A stretch of DNA of 64,000 nt from Armatimonadota bacterium. Its GTDB lineage: Bacteria; Armatimonadota; HRBIN16. The notes beneath the pieces were generated by a model, which was not told where the DNA came from, made no database searches, and saw only the letters and a list, made by a program, of their open reading frames with translations. Positions 49,778-59,416 of the stretch are shown piece after piece. The stretch spans positions 129,851 to 193,850 of the forward strand of contig BPGU01000005.1 of the NCBI GenBank assembly GCA_026003195.1, read 5' to 3'. Position numbers and translations under genes: made by a program. Positions within the stretch are counted from its first letter, which is position 1; each line of letters starts with the position of its first letter.

Positions 49778-51425
49778 GTTCATCCAGAACCTGCTCAAAC
49801 GCGCCGACCGGTTCCAGAGCCCTGCACAGGAGGTAATAGCCGACAGTCCCGCTCAGGAGATTCTTGAGCAGGATGTTCTTGCTACTGAGCAGGAGGTTCT
49901 TGCCGATAGCCCGGCACAGCAGGCGCTGGGCACGAGCTATGTACGGAGCTTACTGGCCGGTAACGCATTCCCCATCTACACGCAGGAGCATCTCAGGGAC
50001 TTTGAACAGCGATTCCTGTCCGCATGGAGCGATATCCAGAGCCCGGTGCGCATTCAGGAAGCGCTGGACAGGCTTCCGATGGAGTTGCTGGCTGCCACCA
50101 ACACCATCTGGGAGCCGGACGCATCCATGAGCACCGCCTATCGGGAAGGCGAGTGGAAGGTGAAGCGACCGCCCATAGGATTAAGATTGTATCAGGAAGC
50201 TTCAACCGAAGTGGACCGGATACTGGGCTATGAGAATAAGGTCAATCTGTACAGCTCGTTCCTGTCCGGTCCCTCTATGCGCGGACTGGACCCGCTTCAA
50301 CCGGACAGGACGGTTGAACCGTCAGGGCTGTTGAAGGAGACGATGCCCGCTACCAGACTGGTGTATCTGGATATGATGAACTCACCGTTTATAAGGGAGT
50401 ATATGGATGAGTACGAACGGGTCAGTCCGGAGCTCAAGCGGGTGATACAGGGCGTGCAGGACGTGGAGGTGGTGAACCGGGTGACGCCGTTCACATACCT
50501 GCACGAGTACACGCACGGCGTGATGTTCCCGCTATCCACGATAACCTACAGCAACCTGCAACGCCACCTGAGCGGCGAGTTAGGGATGACGGATATCGTC
50601 ACCAGATCGTATATGAACTACGCCATGATTCAGGAGGCGGTCGCCGATGCCATCGGAGCCGCACTGTCCGGCGACCTGGAAGGCGCATTGACCATGCGAT
50701 ATAGCGCCGAGATGGCAGTGCACGCCGGTGACGATGTGAAGCCCAGATACGGCGACCCTATCCGTCTGGAGGTAATAGACCCGGCACTGATAGAGGATAC
50801 CGAGAACAGTCCGCTCTGGCAGATGGTAAGGCAAGCCGCAAGCGATATCGAGCAGAGACGACCGAACAAGTTTATCGATGAACCGAACGTCATGAGGTAT
50901 TCCCTGGAACGCCGAGACCTGAGGGCTTTCACAACCGCCATGCAGAGTCTGGAACATATCACCAGCATGGTATACGATAAACTGATAAGCGCCGCGGAAT
51001 CCGGTAGTCTGGATAGACAACTCCGTGAGACCATCATGGGACAGGCTTCCAGAATCTGGATCTATCCCTACTTCATCGGTAAAGCCAGACCGGACCTCAT
51101 CGGTAAGGAGATAAACATCCTGCCCGAATCGATTGAGGTGGCAGAGACCGGTGAGAAGCTGAACCTTGCGGAGATACTGCCGGATATCGCACCGTTAGGA
51201 TTAATAGACGAATCCGTTGTGCATCCGGAACACCTGCGTCGTTCCTTCAAGCTGATCGAGTTATACGACCGTGCCAGGGAAAGACTGAGGGCGGAACACG
51301 CCATGCAGCAGGCTTCGGAAGCGGAGGTAGTGCACCACAGGAACTACGAGACCGCACCGCCTCCGGATACAGGAGAAGCGGTGATAGAGCGCTGGCGGGA
51401 ATGGATCAGGAGCATAGCACCTTGA
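49770..51425 (+). CDS. zincin-like (HExxH) protein, paralog 3
   Basis: HEYTH...QEAVAD; YGDP; RIW..YFIGKARPDLIG. Confidence 0.75.
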   Translation: MSKFIQNLLKRADRFQSPAQEVIADSPAQEILEQDVLATEQEVLADSPAQQALGTSYVRSLLAGNAFPIYTQEHLRDFEQRFLSAWSDIQSPVRIQEALDRLPMELLAATNTIWEPDASMSTAYREGEWKVKRPPIGLRLYQEASTEVDRILGYENKVNLYSSFLSGPSMRGLDPLQPDRTVEPSGLLKETMPATRLVYLDMMNSPFIREYMDEYERVSPELKRVIQGVQDVEVVNRVTPFTYLHEYTHGVMFPLSTITYSNLQRHLSGELGMTDIVTRSYMNYAMIQEAVADAIGAALSGDLEGALTMRYSAEMAVHAGDDVKPRYGDPIRLEVIDPALIEDTENSPLWQMVRQAASDIEQRRPNKFIDEPNVMRYSLERRDLRAFTTAMQSLEHITSMVYDKLISAAESGSLDRQLRETIMGQASRIWIYPYFIGKARPDLIGKEINILPESIEVAETGEKLNLAEILPDIAPLGLIDESVVHPEHLRRSFKLIELYDRARERLRAEHAMQQASEAEVVHHRNYETAPPPDTGEAVIERWREWIRSIAP

Positions 51426-51741
51426 TAAGGTCTACACGTTCGGAATAGTCCTCCGGATCCGTCTGTCGGTACAACTTCATCAGCTTCTCCGCCAGCTCCG
51501 GTAACCTGCCGATACTGGGCATCAATGGATGCTTCAATCCTTCGGCGATCTCGCCACCGGCAAGCCGCCAGGCGAGTATCTCCTCAGGTGTGCCTTCCAC
51601 AAGCACCAGATGCGGCATGGCGCCCACATCCAGCACGAAGTTGCCCATGTCCATGTTGCCAATTTGTAAATGCAGGGCGATCGCCTTCTCCGCCAACTGC
51701 GCCGTGGCGTAACTGCCGTCCTTCTTGTCCAGAAGCTTCAT
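51406..51741 (-). CDS. hypothetical protein (111 aa)
   Basis: Start re-set to ATG 51741 with GGAGG RBS, downstream of the mini-array. Confidence 0.65.
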   Translation of the reverse strand: MKLLDKKDGSYATAQLAEKAIALHLQIGNMDMGNFVLDVGAMPHLVLVEGTPEEILAWRLAGGEIAEGLKHPLMPSIGRLPELAEKLMKLYRQTDPEDYSERVDLIKVLCS

Positions 51742-51763
51742 GATATGTCCCTCCGTTGCGCCA

Positions 51764-52020
51764 GTTTCTATCCTGCTCATTTCTATCCTACTCAGGTATG
51801 TACCGAACTCAGCACGATGCCAGAGTGTATGCATACGGTATCATCAGTTTCTATCCTACTCAGGTATGTACCGAACAGCCTATGGAGGCTGCACAGCTCG
51901 CCAGACAGTTCGCATACAGATCGTTTGCGAACCGTGCGCTCTGCGCCGTGTTGATCGCTATCGCCATATACAATATCACTCCAGTGCACAGTTTCTATCC
52001 CACTTAGGTATGTGCCCAAC
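51764..52020 (-). CRISPR. mini-array: three repeat variants (51779-51808, 51847-51876, 51991-52020), one 38-bp spacer, one 114-bp insert, plus a half repeat
   Basis: gtttctatcctactcaggtatgtaccgaac-type copies of the main repeat. Confidence 0.85.
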
Positions 52021-53080
52021 CTGAGTTCTCCATCTCACGTACCACGATCTTCCTTATGGACCGGTTGAACTTATCGCCGGTATAGGAGACCGTCCAGCGC
52101 CATGGCGGTGGGATGTCCAGCACACGGGCTCTGCCCAGCCCGGCATAACGCTGAGCCTGTTCCGTTACCTGCCGTTCCAGACTCTCTATCCGTGCAATCA
52201 GCTCTTGCACATGAGGCAGATACACCAGGAACTCCTCCACCTCGGCGACGGTCGCCCTTAACGCTTCCAGTCCGCCCTCCAGATACGTCCTCAGCATCCG
52301 GTTCGTGGTCATACCACGAACGCTTGCCAGTCGCTTCAGATACTCCGGCGACTTCAACTTGACGAGCAGGTTACCGTAACCGTGAGTATACTGCACCACA
52401 ACGCCTTCCCAGTCCGCATGTTCCGCCATCTCCACGAGCTGCACAGCCTCGTCAATGCTATACACGGGATACTGCTGTGGTAGTCTGAGTGGAGGCTCTA
52501 AGTGACTGTAGAACTCTACCGCCGGTATCAACTCCAGCGTGCTGAGGTCTCTGAGATAGAGTATTACCAGCGCAGGCTGCGCCGGTGGAGTGCACATGCC
52601 GGGTTGCCACACCTCGTTGTGTAACAACTCGGCAACCATCGTGTAGCCTTCAGGAAGCTGTATGCATCCACCGGCGAGCTGGCTGGCGATGACGGCAGCT
52701 CTTGTCCAGATGCCGTGTCGTGAAGCGAACACGAGTTCACCTTCATGATGGAATACCTGTATCATCACACCGTCCGCCTTCTCACAGACGCAACGCACGG
52801 TCTTGTCCGCAAGATGAGCCGGCGACGTCTCATCATGCTCGTTCAAGTTGAAGAACTTGACAAGCGGTAGCGACACCAGATTGTTCTCCGAATCGATGAC
52901 CAGCCCACGACAGACTCTGAGCCATGGCGTCCACATACCACGATAGCTGGCTTTATCGGTATAGTTCAGCAAGGTGAGGTTGCCATGTGTACGCACATTC
53001 AGTATCGTGGGATCATAATCGCCAGACCGGACGATGTGGATGGCCTCATCTATCGCCCTGCGGATCTCCCGTACGGTCAT
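52004..53080 (-). CDS. T4 Rnl1-like RNA ligase
   Basis: LLNYT, CRGLVID, KFFNLNE, EKADG (motif I), EGVVV, VKLKSPEY; start ATG 53080 with AGGAGG RBS. Confidence 0.85.
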   Translation of the reverse strand: MTVREIRRAIDEAIHIVRSGDYDPTILNVRTHGNLTLLNYTDKASYRGMWTPWLRVCRGLVIDSENNLVSLPLVKFFNLNEHDETSPAHLADKTVRCVCEKADGVMIQVFHHEGELVFASRHGIWTRAAVIASQLAGGCIQLPEGYTMVAELLHNEVWQPGMCTPPAQPALVILYLRDLSTLELIPAVEFYSHLEPPLRLPQQYPVYSIDEAVQLVEMAEHADWEGVVVQYTHGYGNLLVKLKSPEYLKRLASVRGMTTNRMLRTYLEGGLEALRATVAEVEEFLVYLPHVQELIARIESLERQVTEQAQRYAGLGRARVLDIPPPWRWTVSYTGDKFNRSIRKIVVREMENSGWAHT

Positions 53081-53091
53081 GAACGTGCCTC

Positions 53092-53544
53092 CTAACCGTT
53101 TGGTGGGGCTCTGTGCTCGTTCAACCAGATGCATGCTCTGGTTACACCATCGCCGAACAGATCTTCAGAGTAGATAACCTTATCGGAGTGATACCATAGC
53201 CACGGATGGTACAGGTTCTGGTATCCTGTCACCAGCACGGTGGTCTTGCCCCACAGGCGGGCATAGAGCAACTCCATGCTGGTGCCGATACTTGCCCGTG
53301 CCATGATGGCGATGATGGCATCCGACTGTTTGAGAAGGCTGAGGTCCGACTGCACCAGCTGCTTGCAGGCTTCCCTGAAGTTCATCTGTTCGAGCAGTCT
53401 TGGCCAGATCTCCGGGTTCATGAAGTCCATCGGCGAGATGGGTTCCAGCCCATGAGACCGAACAAGCTCCGCTACCTGCTTGAACATCTGCTGGGGATCA
53501 TAGTCTCTGTGGTTGGAGATGGGCATTCCGATATAGACACGCAT
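53092..53544 (-). CDS. nucleoside 2-deoxyribosyltransferase-like protein
   Basis: RVYIGMPI, DLSLLKQSDAIIA, SIGTSMELLYA. Confidence 0.75.
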   Translation of the reverse strand: MRVYIGMPISNHRDYDPQQMFKQVAELVRSHGLEPISPMDFMNPEIWPRLLEQMNFREACKQLVQSDLSLLKQSDAIIAIMARASIGTSMELLYARLWGKTTVLVTGYQNLYHPWLWYHSDKVIYSEDLFGDGVTRACIWLNEHRAPPNG

Positions 53545-54108
53545 TCAGGCCACCTCCGGATTCAGCTCGCCGTGTATGAGGTTCTTGAACCACTCATCGT
53601 CGATCTTGTGGAGATGCCTGCTGTTGTCTTTGAGAAACGCCCAGGCGCCTCCTTCGCGGAATACGTAGAGCTCATACCCGCCGACAGGTATCTTGAAGAA
53701 GTAGTCTACGCTCCTGTCCAGCGTGTTGGGGACCAGCTCGTATTCCAGACTCTCCAGAACCTGGATGATTCGTTGCAGTTGCTGTTCCGTAATGGTGAGC
53801 GTGCCGTATCGGTATATACGCCCGGAGATTTGCCGGATGATATCCTGCACGGCATCGATGGGAACAGAATACCATTTCCCACGATAGCAGAAGGAGTAGC
53901 GTTCTACTGCGACGACAGAGACCTCCTTATCCTTGATGATTTGCAGATATTTGCACCAGTCCAGTTCCTCCACCGTCTGCTCGATCTGGTAGTCTCTGAC
54001 GACGAGACCGCCGACTGTTTCCTTGTCCAACATGAACAGATCGTGTTTGTCCAGTAGTAGAGTCACAGTATCGCTGTCGGATTGGCACCGTATGGCGTAG
54101 AACTTCAT
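53545..54108 (-). CDS. hypothetical protein
   Basis: 187-aa ORF, AGGAG RBS. Confidence 0.7.
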   Translation of the reverse strand: MKFYAIRCQSDSDTVTLLLDKHDLFMLDKETVGGLVVRDYQIEQTVEELDWCKYLQIIKDKEVSVVAVERYSFCYRGKWYSVPIDAVQDIIRQISGRIYRYGTLTITEQQLQRIIQVLESLEYELVPNTLDRSVDYFFKIPVGGYELYVFREGGAWAFLKDNSRHLHKIDDEWFKNLIHGELNPEVA

Positions 54109-54149
54109 GGTTGGAACTCCTGATGAGATTGTTGTTCACTATAAACTCT

Positions 54150-54179
54150 GTTTCTATCCTACTAAGGTATGTACCTAAC
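54150..54179 (-). repeat. solitary CRISPR repeat
   Basis: gtttctatcctactaaggtatgtacctaac, 28/30 identical to the array repeat. Confidence 0.92.
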
Positions 54180-54198
54180 CACTATAACTCTTGGCAGG

Positions 54199-55221
54199 TT
54201 ATATGGGGCAATTGTTGAGGTCTATATCGTATTCCAGCAGCATCACCTTATCGCCCATCATCAGGGACACCTGTGGCGTCAATCTGGGCAGCTGGTTCAT
54301 GAGAGAGGCGATATGCATGAGGTTACCACGTGCCAGCGGTCGCACGAAGCAGCTGTTCTTTATGGGATGCGGGAACAGCTCGCTGACGGCGCTTCTCATT
54401 GTCATGCCGGGCTCCACAATGATGTATCGCTGGTAGACACTAATCACGTCATGGGTTTGTACCAGCACGTTGTTGATACGTACCAGGACGACGTTGAAGC
54501 GGATATCGTATCCAGATTTCAGGGCGAACCGAAGGGCGGCGAGCCGCACCATGTAATGAAGGAGATCTCTGGCAAGATGCTCTATACTCCTGTAACCGTA
54601 TGTGTCGTTGATCTCGCTTCTGCAGTTCAGGAGTTGCTCCTGTCTCACGAGCATGATGCGGTAGTGTCCTGCCGCTTCAGACTGCACATAGTTCGTGGAT
54701 AACAGATTGGCAAGAACCAATACGTCCTGGAACAGCTTATCCAGCGGTAAAGACTGCACAAAGTCCAGGAACGAAGCGGTGTACCGGATATGCTGTTCGG
54801 AAGCCTGTTCGCATGCCCTTATCCACTCCTGCCGTAGATAGTCAAAGAATGCGGATGATTCGTTGCACATCTGGCTTATCATCCTGCCCTGTCGTTCCTG
54901 GAGGGAATCATCGTTCTCAAGATGCTTCATCATCTGCATCAGCCAGTTGCGGGACGCTATTCTGGCACCGGGCAGGTTGTGACTGTGTTCGTTGATAGTT
55001 AGTTCCACGTCTCCTATGCGTAGCAGGATGGTGCCTGGAGTATCACTGTCTGCTGGCTGATAACGTAGAGACACACCATGGGGCAGCGTCCATCCGTAGG
55101 ACTCTGCAGGATAGACTATCCGCACGGGCCAGACGTCGGGGGGTCGAATGAACGGCTCCATGAAGAGCTCTCTGGTCTTGTTACGAACGAAGCTGATGAA
55201 CTTGAGTGGGGTGTTGACCAT
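54199..55221 (-). CDS. hypothetical protein, paralog of 63036-64000
   Basis: Start ATG 55221 with GGAGGAG RBS; shared EW..ACEQA..RYTA.F motif. Confidence 0.75.
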   Translation of the reverse strand: MVNTPLKFISFVRNKTRELFMEPFIRPPDVWPVRIVYPAESYGWTLPHGVSLRYQPADSDTPGTILLRIGDVELTINEHSHNLPGARIASRNWLMQMMKHLENDDSLQERQGRMISQMCNESSAFFDYLRQEWIRACEQASEQHIRYTASFLDFVQSLPLDKLFQDVLVLANLLSTNYVQSEAAGHYRIMLVRQEQLLNCRSEINDTYGYRSIEHLARDLLHYMVRLAALRFALKSGYDIRFNVVLVRINNVLVQTHDVISVYQRYIIVEPGMTMRSAVSELFPHPIKNSCFVRPLARGNLMHIASLMNQLPRLTPQVSLMMGDKVMLLEYDIDLNNCPI

Positions 55222-55265
55222 GCCCGGTTCTCCTCCATACACTAAGATCATAGTCTGTTCTGTAA

Positions 55266-55295
55266 GTTTCTATCCTACTTAGGTATGTATCTAAC
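55266..55295 (-). repeat. solitary CRISPR repeat
   Basis: gtttctatcctacttaggtatgtatctaac, 28/30 identical; 4 bp after the cas3 stop. Confidence 0.92.
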
Positions 55296-55299
55296 GTCA

Positions 55300-57366
55300 C
55301 TATACAATCAACGCTGAATTGCCTTCCCCCTTCTCCGGCTTGACTAGTCCGTACTCCTCCGAGTAGTCTGCATCAATAGTATACGAACCGCTTCCTATGT
55401 ACGATATCCTGTTCCCATACCACTGCTTCCATTCGAATGGAACAGGAACCAGTAGCTCCCTAGCTTGCAAATACCTGCCCTCGTCTGTCAGCTGCATGAA
55501 CTCATCGAGATAGCAAGCAGGAACGACGTCTATCGTACCTGCTATCTTTTGCTCGATGTCTTCCATTGTAGTGGTTATGTATGCTTTCATGCTCCTCACG
55601 TGATTCGAGAACACATCAAGCTTGCGTAGATATCTACGGTCCTGTAGCATGTTCTGATAGACATGGTTGACCCAATCCCGCTGGACGTGCCAGCTGATAG
55701 CCTGTTCCGATATTGCATTCAGCGTGTTCTTGAGGTACTCTTCATCGTAGACGTACTCCAGCTTGCCAGCATCATACGTCGTCGCTACATGCACATCGAC
55801 TATGCCGTGCTCACCGCGACGGTTGACTCTACCGAACCGCTGAAGCAGATCGTCAACAGGAGCTACTTCGGTATAGCATGTGTCATAGCTGATGTCCAGT
55901 GATACCTCCACAACTTGAGTGGCGATGAGTAGCTGAGGTTTGTGGTGCAGGATGTCGTTCTCTATCCGTGACCTATCCCTAATCATGAAGCGGGAGTGCA
56001 ATAGCCGTCTGGATGGGATATCGGAGAACGTCTGGTACATGGACACAGCTTGATCTACTCTGTTACAGACCACCAGCACGGACTTGCCCAGTTCCAGATC
56101 TCGGCGGATGAGAGGAATACAATCCTCCAGCGTCTGGTCCAAACGCTTCAGGTAGTGCCTGTCCGGCAACGCCACATCGGCAACAATGTGCTTCACGTTA
56201 TGTAGACGGCGTTTCAACTCGTCTACCAGTGGTTCAGGCAACGTGGCTGACATCACCATTACCTTGCCACCAAGCTGCTGAATCACATCAATCAATACCG
56301 TAATCATTGCCAGCGTACTGCTGTCGTATGCATGTATCTCATCGAACACGAAGCAGGCATCCTTCATCTGTACGATGCCTACTTCGAACCGCTTGATGCC
56401 GATCAGGTAATTCAATAGCTGATACGGTGTGGTTATCTTGACCGGCTTGTGCACCAGCCTGTTCAGGTTCGCATCCTGCTTAGCTTGCTGTGATGCCAAA
56501 TCCTCGTTACCTTCATCCATATACCTCCGGAATGCATATAGCATGTCACGCCCATGCACAACACCGACTTCATCCCCCTGGAACACACCTCGTTGAACAA
56601 ACCGCTCCTGCATTGCTTCAATAGACGATTGGTAAGGTAACACATAGAACAGCCGTCGGTTGCCGTTCCGGTTACGGTCATACCAGAGAAGGGCTGCCTC
56701 GGTCTTACCACTGCCGGTTGGTGCCTCCAGAATGAGGTTTCCTTCTGTCTCAGCTGCTTGTTGCTGGAAGCCGCGCGGTGAGATGTTGAGGTTGACCTTC
56801 TTGACCTGAACGGGCTGTTTCAGCCCGGCACTGGCGGCATGGTCTGCTGCGATCAGATAACCACGTAGCAGAACGTGATCCGTGTAGATACCTTCGTCTA
56901 TACCGTAGCGGAGGTACTTAGTATGCTCCACTAGCTTACGCACAATATCCTCTGGAACCGGTACAGGAAGCTCCCCGGCCTTATCAAGCACTATCCCTAT
57001 ATTGCGGAGGTGTGCAGAGATACTTCCCTCTGGCTCGCGGTTGTGTGGATGTTCTATATCTCGATGATGCGTAAGGATGGCTCCGAATACTGCAGGATCA
57101 AACTCCTCCTGCATGAGGTATATCAACGCTGATAGTACTTCGTGTCGGTAGTGCCACTTGAAACCACTATCCTCAAGCTGCCTTTGGAATCCGCTTGCTT
57201 GCTTACCGAGATCATGATAGACCGCCGCCAGATGAGCTCTCTCATCATCCGTTAAGTGCTTGATGTAGTTCAATACATCCAGCGTATGCTGCTTGAGTGT
57301 TGTGCCATCGGACTTAGCGAGGTAGCAATCAAGAGAATCGAACAGGGAAGAGTACCTTGCCTTCAT
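55300..57366 (-). CDS. cas3: CRISPR-associated HD nuclease/helicase Cas3
   Basis: HDLGK..GFQ, RHE, AADH; APTGSGKT, DEIH, MSAT, QVVEVSLDIS, QRFGRVNR. Confidence 0.95.
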   Translation of the reverse strand: MKARYSSLFDSLDCYLAKSDGTTLKQHTLDVLNYIKHLTDDERAHLAAVYHDLGKQASGFQRQLEDSGFKWHYRHEVLSALIYLMQEEFDPAVFGAILTHHRDIEHPHNREPEGSISAHLRNIGIVLDKAGELPVPVPEDIVRKLVEHTKYLRYGIDEGIYTDHVLLRGYLIAADHAASAGLKQPVQVKKVNLNISPRGFQQQAAETEGNLILEAPTGSGKTEAALLWYDRNRNGNRRLFYVLPYQSSIEAMQERFVQRGVFQGDEVGVVHGRDMLYAFRRYMDEGNEDLASQQAKQDANLNRLVHKPVKITTPYQLLNYLIGIKRFEVGIVQMKDACFVFDEIHAYDSSTLAMITVLIDVIQQLGGKVMVMSATLPEPLVDELKRRLHNVKHIVADVALPDRHYLKRLDQTLEDCIPLIRRDLELGKSVLVVCNRVDQAVSMYQTFSDIPSRRLLHSRFMIRDRSRIENDILHHKPQLLIATQVVEVSLDISYDTCYTEVAPVDDLLQRFGRVNRRGEHGIVDVHVATTYDAGKLEYVYDEEYLKNTLNAISEQAISWHVQRDWVNHVYQNMLQDRRYLRKLDVFSNHVRSMKAYITTTMEDIEQKIAGTIDVVPACYLDEFMQLTDEGRYLQARELLVPVPFEWKQWYGNRISYIGSGSYTIDADYSEEYGLVKPEKGEGNSALIV

Positions 57367-57955
57367 GCACTAAACCTCTCGCTTGCTGAACAGGTTGTTG
57401 CTTGCAATCGATAACAGTGAAGCTGCGTATGCTTGTTGGGTGACGCGGCTCGGTTCTGGTGAAGTCTATCGGTAGTGCGTAGATGGCGCCGAATAGTTCC
57501 AGCCGCTTCGCTTCGTCGCTATCTACTAATACACCTGATACCTCACCTTCTCCGTCGATGAGTTCTACAGTCTCTACGAGTTCGACAGTAGCGAGATCCT
57601 GGCTTCTGCCAAGTGTGAGGATACCATGGGGATTCTTCAATGCATACTCAAACTCTGGATCGATGTACAGATGCAGTGTTGTATTGTATAGAAACTCCCT
57701 GCTAACGATGTCTGTGCCCTTCTCGATTGCTTTGGTCTTGTAGATCTTCTCCACATCAATTCCACGCTCAGCGTATTCGAAACGATAGGCAAGGAACGAT
57801 ATCTCATCTGTGTCAACCCAGCGCCCCGCTGCGTTTCTGAGTAAGCCGATGATGGTGGAAGGTGGTGGCACAGACAACGTGGGCTGAGGTTTCATGAAGT
57901 AGTGTACTCTGAAGCTTGCCGTTTCAGATCTGATAACAGCATGTACAACTTGCAT
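57329..57955 (-). CDS. cas5: CRISPR-associated Cas5 (type I-B)
   Basis: TASFR....QPTLSVPPPSTIIGLL, REFL, LGRSQDLA. Confidence 0.93.
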   Translation of the reverse strand: MQVVHAVIRSETASFRVHYFMKPQPTLSVPPPSTIIGLLRNAAGRWVDTDEISFLAYRFEYAERGIDVEKIYKTKAIEKGTDIVSREFLYNTTLHLYIDPEFEYALKNPHGILTLGRSQDLATVELVETVELIDGEGEVSGVLVDSDEAKRLELFGAIYALPIDFTRTEPRHPTSIRSFTVIDCKQQPVQQARGLVHEGKVLFPVRFS

Positions 57956-57970
57956 TGCTGTAGAACCTCC

Positions 57971-58110
57971 GTTTCTATCGTTTCTATTCTAGCTTCCATC
58001 CTACTCACTTCTATCCTACTAAGGTATGTACCCAACTGGCTTAGGTATGTACCGAACTCAGCTCGTAGTCCTGAACCTCAAAGGTCACACCTTGAGTTTC
58101 TATCCTACTT
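57971..58110 (-). repeat. degenerate trailer of the array: repeat fragments, one variant repeat (58007-58036) and a 38-bp terminal spacer (58058-58095)
   Basis: Stacked gtttctatc / ttccatcctact fragments; cttaggtatgtaccgaac half; gtttctatcctactt half. Confidence 0.8.
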
Positions 58111-59416
58111 ATTTCTATCCTACTTAGGTATGTACCTGACCATTGCTGTATCTGGCGATGGCTGTCGGGGACTGGATTCGTTTCTATCCTACTTAGGTAT
58201 GTACCTGACTGATCAATCTGTAGACAACAGTGACTTCAACTTCACTGGTTTCTATCCTACTTAGGTATGTACCTGACGTGAGCACTCATGCCTGTTTCTA
58301 CCTTAACCTGGAGCTGTTTCTATCCTACTTAGGTATGTAACTGACTTGAAATCGCAATGTCACGATGATAACGATGCCTCCAGGTTTCTATCCTACTTAG
58401 GTATGTACCTGACCGCATTGGGCTGGTTAAGAACAGTAGCACGTTCTCCGTTTCTATCCTACTTAGGTATGTACCTGACTACCCGAACGTGCCTGCATGG
58501 TTGAGAGTGCCAGCGTTTCTATCCTACTTAGGTATGTACCTGACTGGCAAGGGTGCTGTTCGTTGGTGCTTCCCCCAACGACGTTTCTATCCTACTTAGG
58601 TATGTACCTGACACGATGAAGTAGACTTCGTCCCCTGCCCGCTCTGCAAGTTTCTATCCTACTTAGGTATGTACCTGACAACATCAGCGTGCGCCCAGTG
58701 CGCCGCGAGTTCGTGCGTTTCTATCCTACTTAGGTATGTACCTGACCCTTCATGATGACAAACAACTAACGAAACCAAAAGGGTTTCTATCCTACTTAGG
58801 TATGTACCTGACCGCGCCGGAAGAAGAGACGATAGTGTTTCGTGATGCAGTTTCTATCCTACTTAGGTATGTACCTGACACCTCCGAAGCCAGACTACTT
58901 CCGTGAGGTATCGGCGTTTCTATCCTACTTAGGTATGTACCTGACTGGCACGACGCTGACCAGGGTGAAGGGACAGTCGTTCGTTTCTATCCTACTTAGG
59001 TATGTACCTGACCTTTGCTTCACCCGTTAGTACGTCAACAATCCTGTACCGCGTTTCTATCCTACTTAGGTATGTACCTGACATAGCACGCGTCCTCAAG
59101 ACCACACCGGAATGGCTCGCGTTTCTATCCTACTTAGGTATGTACCTGACGAGTGTTTACGCTTCCTGTATGACCGCTTCCCGAATGGTTTCTATCCTAC
59201 TTAGGTATGTACCTGACCCGTACGGGAAAGAATACATACCTCTCTACGAAGATTGTTTCTATCCTACTTAGGTATGTACCTGACTGGTGTTCTCTGCCGA
59301 ACGCGCCATGATATAGCCGTGTTTCTATCCTACTTAGGTATGTACCTGACCACTCCTTTGTCAGACTTCACGTTTTCCGCGAATAGGTTTCTATCCTACT
59401 TAGGTATGTACCTGAC
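58111..59416 (-). CRISPR. CRISPR array, 20 repeats of 30 bp and 19 spacers of 35-40 bp
   Basis: Repeat GTTTCTATCCTACTTAGGTATGTACCTGAC; reverse complement ends ATAGAAAC (type I-B-like handle), so transcribed on the minus strand like the cas genes. Confidence 0.98.

Noticed and set aside
51742-51834. N-terminal extension of the 142-aa ORF through the mini-array
   Set aside because: It runs through repeat and spacer; a better ATG with GGAGG RBS is at 51741
58141-58150. 10-bp identity (cattgctgta) between a spacer end and the cas5 start region (57953-57962)
   Set aside because: Too short, at the PAM-distal end of the crRNA, and expected by chance
58111-59416. Self-targeting of this window by array spacers
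   Set aside because: No full-length match noticed by eye; an exhaustive alignment was not possible, so no claim is made
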